The notes: generated from the letters alone by a model not told the origin. A stretch of DNA of 64,000 nucleotides from an uncultured delta proteobacterium (GCA_963843145.1 CAWJJC010000002.1:106432-170431), one strand, 5' to 3'; counted from the first letter of the stretch, positions 20,857-29,339 are shown. Made by a program: numbers and translations.

Positions 20857-21238
20857 GCAGGTTAACCTGTTGATTACCATTATAAATATGGAGGTTTTGG
20901 GGGTGTTTTTGAGGCGGCCTGGTGGAGGTTTTTAGGGAGACCGGGGGCTATCCGAAGAATAGCTTCCTGTAGTTTTGTTTTAGAATTATGGCCTGACCTG
21001 CCAGATTTCAAACGAAAATTATTAGTCATCACCCAAATAGACACGGTGAAGGTATCCCCAGCTTTTTTCCACGAGCCTATCCCTACCAGGATCAATAAAA
21101 TACTCTTTTTGCCTTATTGACATTGAGTCTTTCCCGATCAATAATTCATTAATATTATGAAGATACTAATATTTCCAGGTTAGGGGTCCTGCTGTAAGTT
21201 TGAATAAACCACTATTGAGCGATGGAGGCCTGTCAGCG

Positions 21239-22839
21239 ATGAAATTCATTCGAATCCTGATCCTCGGGATTGTTAGCCTATTTCCAGCTTTTATAATAGT
21301 TCCTTCATCTCAAGCGGTCGATGCCGTGGTCGGGGGGGCCTGTACGGATACAGAATTCAATACGGCTTTGAACACCGTTCAAAGCACGGGAGGCGGAACG
21401 ATTACCTTCAACTGCGGCACGTCGCCGGTCATCATTACCGTAACCGGGGCCAAGCCCATCAGCAGCCAAACGACCATTGACGGTGGATCCCTGATCACTC
21501 TCAGCGGCGCGAATGCCTCTCGGGTTTTCTTGGTGAATCCGGGCATATCGCTAACGTTAAATAACCTGACCGTCACCAAGGGTTTGAGCAGTAGCGATGA
21601 CGGCGGTGCGATTCGTAACGAGGGTACACTGAACATTAATAACTGTAAATTCATCAACAACCAAACCGGCTCGGCGTGGAGCGGCGGAGCCATCGTCAGT
21701 TATGGACCGCTGAATATTGCCGATAGCGAATTCGCGAACAACTCGGCCGGGAACGGTGGCGCGCTTTACCCTCGCTACGCGCCTGCCGTAACCACCATTA
21801 CCCGCAGTACTTTTCACGACAACGTGGCTATAAACACGACCGACGGCTGGGGCGGGGCGATCCTGGCCTGGGATGGCGCGCCGGTGACGATTGAGGGCAG
21901 CGACATCTTCAACAACAGTAGTGCTAATTTTGGGGGGGTATCTACATCTCCCCCAATTCGTCGGTCACTTTCAACGGAAGCACGCTTCACGACAACACGG
22001 CCGGATTCACCGGCGGTGGTGTCTACAACAACAACGGCACGGCGACCCTGACCAACGTCACTCTCAGCGGCAACTCGACCAGTCTGGGCAGCGGCGGCGG
22101 AATCGGCAACAATAATAACGGCACGGCGACCCTGACCAACGTCACCCTCAGCGGCAACTCGGTCTCTTTTGGCGGGGGCGGATTTTCCAACTTAAACAAC
22201 GGCACGGCGACCCTGACCAACGTCACCCTCAGCGGCAACTCGGCCGGATACGCCGGCGGTGGTGTCTACAACAACAACGGCACGGCGACCCTGACCAACG
22301 TCACTCTCAGCGGCAACTCGGTCTCTTATCACGGCGGCGGATTCTACAACATAGACGGCACGGCGACCCTGACCAACGTCACCCTCAGCGGCAACTCGGC
22401 CCCTTATGGCGGCGGTATCTACCAAATCGGTTCCCTCAGTGGCCAGATCGTGAAGCTGAAGAATTCCATCGTAGCCAACAGCCCTGAGGGTGGAAACTGT
22501 TTTCAAAGTCCAAGCAGTTCGACCAACATCACATCAAGCGGTTTCAATCTTTCCAGCGACAACTCCTGCACGTCATATTTCACTCAAGCCGGCGATCAAA
22601 ATAACAAACCCGCGCAGCTCGGTCCTTTGGCGAACAACGGCGGATTTACGCTGACGCATCTGCCGCTGCCCCCCATCGCAGGAGGCACGGGTCCGATTGA
22701 TAATGGCTCTTGCCTGGTCGGGTCATTTGACCAACGCGGCGTGATGCGCCCTCAAGGATTGGCATGCGATATCGGCGCGGTGGAGTACCGCCAGGGGGAG
22801 CTAACACCGTGGTTGTACCTGCCGCTGATCGAGAGATAG
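21239..22839 (+). pseudogene. Secreted beta-helix (GGAI/FxxN Pmp-like repeat) protein with choice-of-anchor-Q-like C-terminus; single frameshift
   Basis: Signal peptide, GGAI/FxxN repeats, LGPLANNGG..THLP, DQRG..RPQG.ACDIGAVE, ends LYLPLIER; frame break at G7 run 21932-21938. Confidence 0.8.
22030..22400 (+). repeat. Five intragenic ~78-84 bp tandem repeats (NNGTATLTNVTLSGNS..GGG)
   Basis: ACGGCACGGCGACCCTGACCAACGTCACYCTCAGCGGCAACTCG recurs five times. Confidence 0.9.
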
Positions 22840-23485
22840 AAATCCGTTTTTTCTTAGAACATGAAGAAAATATTCCGAGTCCCCCCAAGGGGTACCAATT
22901 TGAATCCTGTCCCGTGTTTTACCGCTGATTAGCCGGTTTGGCTGAACACCTTCAATCGGTAATCCTTTATTCCTCAAGCTTATGGTGTTCAACAGTAGTA
23001 GGTGACATCCTCAAGCCCAGGGGAAGAAGCCGATTTTCAAGTAATATTGGGGGCTTCTTCCTGTAGTCTTGTTTTTGAATTTTGGCAATCCCTGCAAAAT
23101 TGTGGCGGTAATCCTTAATGAGACGGTGGGAGATTTAACTTCCCGCAGGACTTCGCCTCAATCGGAATTCACCCTTAAGGTCTCGGATCTGCAACCTCCT
23201 CGGTTCAGGCAATGTTTTTGGAGATCCGCTACTTGGAAAAAATAAAAAAATACAGCCTTTCTCATCGTATAATACCTTGTTTACCCTATTCTTTTTTTAA
23301 TTTCAAAATCATATTTCTTTAATAGAATGACAGAAAGGTGAAATCTGCCAATTTTTAGGGGATAGCCTCGGCCCTAGCCTCCTTCCTGGAGACAAAATTA
23401 AGAGGTCGTTTCCAATTATTTGCACTTTGCATTCCAGTTGATTTTTATCTGGCAGGGTATGAATTGAACGGAGGAAGGGGAAAAG

Positions 23486-25113
23486 ATGAACATAAAAAAA
23501 GCAGATTCTTGCTGTTATTTTTAACTATTGGATTGATCATGGTCACGCTTTGGTCCGCCCATTCCCTCCAGGCCGCTACCAACATCAAATTGAGCGGCGT
23601 CATGCCGTCTTTCGGGGATGTTGATTCTTTCGGGATCAGTCCGGACGGCCGATATGCCGTATATTTGGCGGACCAAGACACCGACGGAGTTTTCGAGCTT
23701 TACAGCGTCCGCTTGGGGGGAGGGCCTCCAACTCGACTCAATCCCCTTCTCCCGTCTGGTAGAGGGGTATATTCGTACCGGATAAGTCCGGATAGCGGTC
23801 GGGTGGTCTATTTGGCCAACCAAGAGACAGCTTCTGCCTTCGAGTTGTTCAGCGTCCCGATTGGAGGCCCGGCAGCCGCCGGGGTCAAGCTCAACGGGGC
23901 ACTGGTGTCTGGCGGAAATGTTTCTAATAATTTCCAGCTTAGTCCGGATAGCAACCGAGTGGTGTATGTAGCCGACCAGGAGTAGGTAACGTTAACCAAC
24001 TTTACAGCGTCCCGATTGGAGGCCCGGCGGCGGACGGTGTCAAGCTCAACGGGACTTTAGTCCTTAATGGGAATGTAACTGGGTTTAGGATCAGCCCCGA
24101 CAGCCGCCGGGTGGTTTATCTATCCGATCGGGACACCGCCGGGGTTGTCGAGATGTACAGCGTCCCGATCGGGGGACCAGCGATGGCCGGGGTAAAACTT
24201 AGCGTTCCCCTGGTTTCTCCCGGGAATATTAATGGATTTTTCTTTATCAGCTCGGACAGTAGTCGAGTGGTTTATGATGCCCAACCGACGGCTACTGTCT
24301 CTGAGCTGTACAGCGTCCCAATCTGGAGGTCCGGCGGCGGCCGGTGTCAGGCTCAACGACCCTCTGGGTTCCGGTAAGAATATTTTTGATTTTCGGATCA
24401 GCCCGGACAGTAGCCGAGTGGTTTATATCTCCGATCAACAGACGGCTACTGTTCTTGAGCTATACAGCGTCCCAATCGGAGGTCCGGCGGCGGCCAGGAT
24501 TAAGCTAAATGGGGCCTTGGCCCTCAACGGGAATGTCACCGCTATTCAGATCAGCCCGGACAGCCGTCGGGTGGTTTATAACGCCGACCAGCAAACCGAT
24601 CAAGTCTTTGAGTTGTACAGCGTTCCCATCACGGGTCCAGCGGCAGCCGGGGTCAAGCTCAACGGTCCCCTATCACCCGGCGGGGTCGTGGTGGCCGGAT
24701 CAGCCCGGATAGCGGTCAGGTGGTTTATTACGCCACCCAACTTACGGATAATGTCCCTGGGCTTTACAGTGTCCCCATCACGGGTCCGGCGGCGAATGCG
24801 GTCAAAATCACACCCCCCCTGGTCCAGGTCAATGGGGGATGGTGGGAAATCAGTCCGGAGGGAAGCCGGGTGGTTTATATCGGGAACCAACAGATGACGA
24901 CTGTCTCTGAGTTGTACAGCACCCCCGTAGGGACCGGCGGCGGCCGGGGTCAAGCTTAACGGTCCTTTAACCCTCAATGGGAATGTTACCATCTTCGAGA
25001 TTAGTCCGGACAACGGACGGGTTCTCTATGTCGCTGATCAGGATACCGACGAGGTATTTGAGCTCTATATGACTTCCAATTATTTGATCTATTTGCCCCT
25101 GATTTTGAAGTAG
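23486..25113 (+). pseudogene. Secreted TolB/PD40-like beta-propeller repeat protein, multiply frameshifted
   Basis: About nine repeats of ISPDSxRVVYxxDQxTxxVxELYSVPIGGPAAAGVKLNG; signal peptide after A-run at 23494-23500; ends YLIYLPLILK-stop at 25113. Confidence 0.8.
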
Positions 25114-25602
25114 GGCTAATGGGGATTCAAGTCTTTCTCTGCCCTCTCCAAGGGGAAAAATTGCAATCGGGAAAACCACTCTTCGGGAATAGGTTCTGAA
25201 GGAGGAATGCTTCCAGCAGCTTTTCTCTGTTTCCATAAAGACAAAGGCCTAGCCAAAAAATACCCAACCCCTTTTTTACTGATTTTGGTAATCCTTGAAT
25301 ACTAAAATCTAACGAGTCCTACATATTTGGAGGGTCTGCCGTGTAAAACATGTGACTAGTCGGTTAAAGTCCGACCATTGGAATTCGGTAGCTCGTCCAC
25401 GTAGCTGGGGGGAGGGAGTCAAGGAGATCCGCTCATTAAAACAGTATAGGAGGATTAATCTCCTTCAAAATCGGTTGAAGAGTTCAAAGGATAATTACTG
25501 ATTTCTGGAATGGTCTTGGTGAAAGACTTGTAGGTGTACATCGCCACGAAACCCCTCTGGAGATGGGGTAAGGCTTACATTTTCGGAGCGAAGATATCCT
25601 CT

Positions 25603-26256
25603 TTAATCCTGCCAGCCGTGATCGCCGATCAGGCTGACGAAACGCACCCCGCCCAAATCTTCTTGAATGACTCCCTGCTCCGTTTTGCTGAGGCGTAACA
25701 GGTTTTGGGAAAAACGGTCTCCCACCGGGATCACCAGGCGGCCTTGAGGAGCCAACTGCTGGAGATAGGCTTCCGGGACCCTGGGGGCCGCGGCGGTGAC
25801 GATGATCCCGTCGAAGGGGCTTTCCTCCGGCCAGCCATAGGTGCCGTCAAAAACCTTGATCAGCACATTGTGATAGTGAAGCTGGTCCAGGATCTTTCGG
25901 GCCCTGATCACCAGGGGACGGACCCGTTCGATGGAATAGACCTTTTTGCAGGTTTCGGCCAGGACGGCGGTCTGGTAGCCTGAACCTGTCCCGATTTCCA
26001 GGATGTTTTCCTGACCGGTGAGCCCTAAGGATTGGGTCATGAGGGCCACGATATAGGGCTGAGAGATGGTCTGATGTTCACCGATCGGCAGGGGATAATC
26101 GTTGTAGGCTTCTCCCCAGAGGGCTTCTTCGATGAAGAGGTGACGGGGCACCCGGCCCATAGCCTTCAAGACCCCCGGGTCGGTAATGCCCCGGGGAAGG
26201 AGCTGTTCTTTGACCATCCGTTCCCGGGCTTTTTGAAAGTCCTGTGTCGGCTTCAT
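25603..26256 (-). CDS. pcm: Protein-L-isoaspartate O-methyltransferase
   Basis: VPRHLF, PLPIGEHQTISQPY, LEIGTGSGYQTAVLA, PFDGIIVTAA, GRLVIPVG. Confidence 0.95.
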   Translation of the reverse strand: MKPTQDFQKARERMVKEQLLPRGITDPGVLKAMGRVPRHLFIEEALWGEAYNDYPLPIGEHQTISQPYIVALMTQSLGLTGQENILEIGTGSGYQTAVLAETCKKVYSIERVRPLVIRARKILDQLHYHNVLIKVFDGTYGWPEESPFDGIIVTAAAPRVPEAYLQQLAPQGRLVIPVGDRFSQNLLRLSKTEQGVIQEDLGGVRFVSLIGDHGWQD

Positions 26257-26366
26257 TCCTCGTCTGCGGCGTTCAAACTATTTTATTTTTAAGAAGGTTT
26301 ATGCTATATAAGGCTGAATAGCTAAAACTGTCAATGGGATTTTTGTTCTTCAAGGGGATATCAAAA

Positions 26367-26594
26367 ATGAATCCAAGGTTCAAACGGATCGGGAAGAAAA
26401 TGGGTATTCTCCTGGCAGGGATGGCTATTTTTTTGGCGGTTACTATGTGGCTCAAGGGGATGGAGTTCAAATTCCGGGTTTTCATGGCCATCTTTGCCGG
26501 TTTGTCGGCCTGGATGGGATTAATCACCATGGTGATCTGGCTGTGGCGGGACAGCGCGGCAGAGGAAGAAAAGGAGATCCCGGAAGGAAAATAA
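26367..26594 (+). CDS. Small two-TM membrane protein
   Basis: Two hydrophobic segments, acidic tail, AGGGG RBS before ATG 26367. Confidence 0.55.
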   Translation: MNPRFKRIGKKMGILLAGMAIFLAVTMWLKGMEFKFRVFMAIFAGLSAWMGLITMVIWLWRDSAAEEEKEIPEGK

Positions 26595-26612
26595 CTTTCT
26601 CGAGAATGCCGG

Positions 26613-26753
26613 CTACCTTATTCTTGATTTTTCTTGGACCATCTCTTTTATTTTGTTAACAAAATCAGCCAACTCCTCCTCGGACAATTGACTGCTCAAG
26701 GGCGATTCCAACAGGGATTCCATCACTTCCAGATTCGTGATTTTTTCATCCAT
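26613..26753 (-). CDS. Possible 46-aa acidic helical protein (MDEKITNLEVMESLLES...)
   Basis: Open frame read by hand, below ORF-track cutoff; protein-like composition; AAGGAG is rather far upstream. Confidence 0.35.
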   Translation of the reverse strand: MDEKITNLEVMESLLESPLSSQLSEEELADFVNKIKEMVQEKSRIR

Positions 26754-27126
26754 GGCTTAATTAATTTATCCGCTCCTTTATAGAATAGCAGCGCTCCCCC
26801 AAAATAGCTATTCTATAGTCCAGAAATTACAAAAAATCAAGCCTTCCATCCGTCAGGCCAAACATTTTTGACGCTTCGCCTATGGGAGTAGGGGCCACAG
26901 TAGGGGATAGATTGACCTGAAATTGGGTCTCCGTGGCCGACGGGTCTCGGCGAAAGGGTTTTCCAAAGGCACTCCGAACTCCGAATCCGCGCCTAAATTA
27001 ATAATTCTTATTCGCCAGGTCCCGTCGGCCAGACCAGATTTTATGACGGGGTTTCATCCGGTTGATCGGGACCCAGAGCTTTTTTTAGTCGATAGACAAA
27101 ATCGGAGATCCAGCTAATTCTATCTC

Positions 27127-28209
27127 TTATATGGCCTTTCGTAGAAAAGGCCGGCATTCCTGGGAAAAGGAGATCAATTGATCGAGTTTGTTTTTGGCCT
27201 GGCCGGAATCGATGGACTGCTCTCCCCGCCGAAGGCCTTCATTAAAATTGTTATCCAGCCCGGCGGCCATAAAAGCGGCCGCGGCATTCATTAAGACCAT
27301 CTCCCGCTTCGCTCCCGGTTTTCCTTCCAGGATGGAGCGGATGATCCGGGCGTTGGCGGCGGCGTCCCCGCCGCGGATGCCCTCCGGGTCGGCCCGTTGG
27401 AATCCCAATTCCTCGGGGGTCAGTTCAAAGGTCCTGACCTGATTATTTTTAAGATGGGAAACCCGGGTCGGTCCGCAAATGCTGATTTCATCCAGGAACC
27501 CTTCCCCGCAGACCACGAAGGCTTCCCTGGAACCCAGCCTTTGGAGGACCTGGGCCATTTTTTCGGTCAACTCCGGAGCATAAACCCCCATCACCTGGGC
27601 CGAGGCCCCGGCCGGGTTGGTCAAGGGGCCGAGGAGGTTAAAGATGGTCCGCAGGCCGATCTCCTGACGAGGCCCAGCCGCATGCTTCATCGCCCCGTGG
27701 AAAAGCGGGGCGTATAGAAATCCGATCCCCAATTCCCGCAGGCATCGTTCCACATCGGAGCGGGTCAGCTCGAGATTGACTCCCAACTGTTCCAGGACGT
27801 CGGCACTGCCGCACTGGCTGGAGATGGCCCGGTTGCCGTGTTTGGCCACTTTGACCCCCGCGCCGGCCGTTACCAGGGCGGTGGCCGTGGAGACATTGAA
27901 GGTCCGCGTTCCGTCTCCGCCGGTCCCACAAGTGTCCAGGATGGTTTCCTCTTCGATGTTGATCTCGTCCCGGTCCAGGTTGATCGAATGGTTGTTCAGG
28001 TTCAAAGCGCCGGCCCGGGCCCGTAAGGCCCGGGCCGCGCCGGTGATCTCTTCGACCGTTTCCCCCTTGATGCGCAGAGCCGTGATGAAGGCCCCAATTT
28101 GGGCCGGGGTGGCCTGCCCGCCGATGATTTCGTCCATGGCCCTTTCCATTTCCTTCTCGCCCAGGTCTTCCCCTCGGACTACTTTGGCGATCATGTTTCT
28201 AATTTCCAT
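27127..28209 (-). CDS. trpD: Anthranilate phosphoribosyltransferase
   Basis: DTCGTGGDG..TFNVST, KHGNRAISSQCGSADVLE, RTIFNLLGPLTNPA. Confidence 0.95.
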   Translation of the reverse strand: MEIRNMIAKVVRGEDLGEKEMERAMDEIIGGQATPAQIGAFITALRIKGETVEEITGAARALRARAGALNLNNHSINLDRDEINIEEETILDTCGTGGDGTRTFNVSTATALVTAGAGVKVAKHGNRAISSQCGSADVLEQLGVNLELTRSDVERCLRELGIGFLYAPLFHGAMKHAAGPRQEIGLRTIFNLLGPLTNPAGASAQVMGVYAPELTEKMAQVLQRLGSREAFVVCGEGFLDEISICGPTRVSHLKNNQVRTFELTPEELGFQRADPEGIRGGDAAANARIIRSILEGKPGAKREMVLMNAAAAFMAAGLDNNFNEGLRRGEQSIDSGQAKNKLDQLISFSQECRPFLRKAI

Positions 28210-28255
28210 TTGTTTTTCCTCCTTCAGTGGGTAGGGATTTAAAGAAATTCTTAAT

Positions 28256-28290
28256 AAAAAAAGGCCGTGAGAGTTTCACGGCCTTTTTTT
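28256..28290 (-). terminator. Second terminator hairpin in trpD leader
   Basis: A-run GGCCGTGA-GAGTT-TCACGGCC T-run. Confidence 0.75.
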
Positions 28291-28304
28291 ATAGATACCA
28301 AATA

Positions 28305-28344
28305 AAAAAGCCGTGGAGAACCGGAGCGGCTCTCCACGGCTTTT
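28305..28344 (-). terminator. Attenuator terminator of trpD leader
   Basis: AAAAGCCGTGGAGA..TCTCCACGGCTTTT, T run on minus strand, just after the leader stop. Confidence 0.8.
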
Positions 28345-28360
28345 CAGTTAATGGCTTTGA

Positions 28361-28432
28361 TTAGCGGTGGACGAACCCCTCCCTCAAATTCCGCCACCAC
28401 CAATTGTTTTTTGAAGTAAAATAGGATTGCAT
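28361..28432 (-). CDS. trpL: Trp attenuator leader peptide MQSYFTSKNNWWWRNLREGFVHR
   Basis: Three tandem TGG codons upstream of terminator and trpD; AAGGA RBS. Confidence 0.85.
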   Translation of the reverse strand: MQSYFTSKNNWWWRNLREGFVHR

Positions 28433-28459
28433 AAAATTCCTTTAAAAAAATTGACACTA

Positions 28460-28488
28460 ATTTTACCAAACCGACCTATCCGTGTCAA
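28460..28488 (-). promoter_or_regulatory. Sigma70 promoter for trpL-trpD
   Basis: Minus strand TTGACA-17nt-TAAAAT. Confidence 0.75.
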
Positions 28489-28513
28489 TATTTTTTTTGA
28501 CGAAAAATAATGC

Positions 28514-28542
28514 TTGACACGGATAGGAGTACCGTTTATAAA
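28514..28542 (+). promoter_or_regulatory. Sigma70 promoter for aro operon leader
   Basis: TTGACA-17nt-TATAAA. Confidence 0.75.
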
Positions 28543-28583
28543 AAAAGAAAATCTATTTGAGGATTCAAAAAGACGTAACCACC

Positions 28584-28658
28584 ATGATCAGTCAAAAATC
28601 CCAGCAAGACTTTTATTACTTTTATTACTGGCCGGGGACCCGTCTGCTTATGGTTTGA
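28584..28658 (+). CDS. Aromatic-amino-acid attenuator leader peptide MISQKSQQDFYYFYYWPGTRLLMV
   Basis: FYYFYYW codon run followed by terminator, upstream of aroK. Confidence 0.8.
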   Translation: MISQKSQQDFYYFYYWPGTRLLMV

Positions 28659-28677
28659 TTTCATTTTTTCGAAATTC

Positions 28678-28716
28678 AAAAGCCGTGGGCGGATTGAAGC
28701 TCACGGCTTTTTTTTT
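28678..28716 (+). terminator. Attenuator terminator upstream of aroK
   Basis: AAAAGCCGTGGGC..GCTCACGGCTTTTTTTTT. Confidence 0.85.
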
Positions 28717-28796
28717 GGTCCAAAATGGCCGGATGCTGAAGAAGGCTGACGGATTTGCAAAAAGTCGCTTTTTGACTTTTTGCGAGGTTTTCAAAA

Positions 28797-29339
28797 TTGA
28801 ATATTGTCTTAATCGGATATCGATGCTCGGGGAAAACCACGGTGGGAAGGCTTTTAGCCGAAAGAACCGGGAAAGACTTCCGGGATACGGACATCGTGGT
28901 GGAGGAAACAATGGGAATTTCCATTGAAGACCTGGTTTCATCCAAAGGCTGGAATACCTTCAGGGCCCTGGAGAGACAGGCGGTTCAGGCGGTTTCCGCT
29001 CAGGATAACCAGGTGATTGCCGTCGGCGGCGGGGCGGTCCTGGACGAAGAAAACGTTCGGAATCTGGGCCGGGGGGGCTTTGTCGTCTGGCTCGACGGCG
29101 CACCTGAAGTATTGCGAGGGCGAATGGCAGAAGAGCAACGGGTAGGTAAAATTCGGCCCTCCCTTACCGGAGAAGCTCCGTTGACGGAGATTCGGCAGGT
29201 TTTGAATTCCCGTCGGCCCGTTTATGAAAAGGCCTCCGCTTTGCGGGTGGATACCTCCGCCTTTGGACCGGAAGAAACGGCAACCCTTATTATCGAGGCC
29301 CTGTCTGAGAAAAGGGAGAAGCGACTTCATGGCCGGTAA
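28797..29339 (+). CDS. aroK: Shikimate kinase
   Basis: GYRCSGKTTVG P-loop, DTD, GW..FRALE, GGGAVL, RPSL; TTG start. Confidence 0.92.
   Translation: MNIVLIGYRCSGKTTVGRLLAERTGKDFRDTDIVVEETMGISIEDLVSSKGWNTFRALERQAVQAVSAQDNQVIAVGGGAVLDEENVRNLGRGGFVVWLDGAPEVLRGRMAEEQRVGKIRPSLTGEAPLTEIRQVLNSRRPVYEKASALRVDTSAFGPEETATLIIEALSEKREKRLHGR

Larger units (their letters stand above)
9236..25536. mobile_element. Tyrosine-recombinase-associated genomic island / cassette array with five cargo units
   Basis: Five left half-sites CTTCC-TGWAR (9236, 12368, 15902, 20963, 23057) alternate with five right half-sites ..WGTAG-GTG (11224, 15833, 19821, 22997, 25529); two integrase genes. Confidence 0.75.

Noticed and set aside
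22030-22400. Repeat-spacer pattern resembling a CRISPR array
   Set aside because: Units are in-frame protein repeats, the spacers resemble each other, and there are no cas genes.
9587-25113. Complete DGR or classical integron
   Set aside because: No reverse transcriptase, Avd or template repeat found; the recombinase is not recognisably IntI and the boundaries are not attC/attI.
28747-28794. Short palindrome GCAAAAAGTC..GACTTTTTGC upstream of aroK
   Set aside because: Looks like a dispersed repeat or MITE remnant; single copy in the window and no function can be supported.
28514-28927. 137-aa ORF from the ORF track
   Set aside because: Starts within the -35 box and crosses the leader, terminator and aroK in another frame; spurious.
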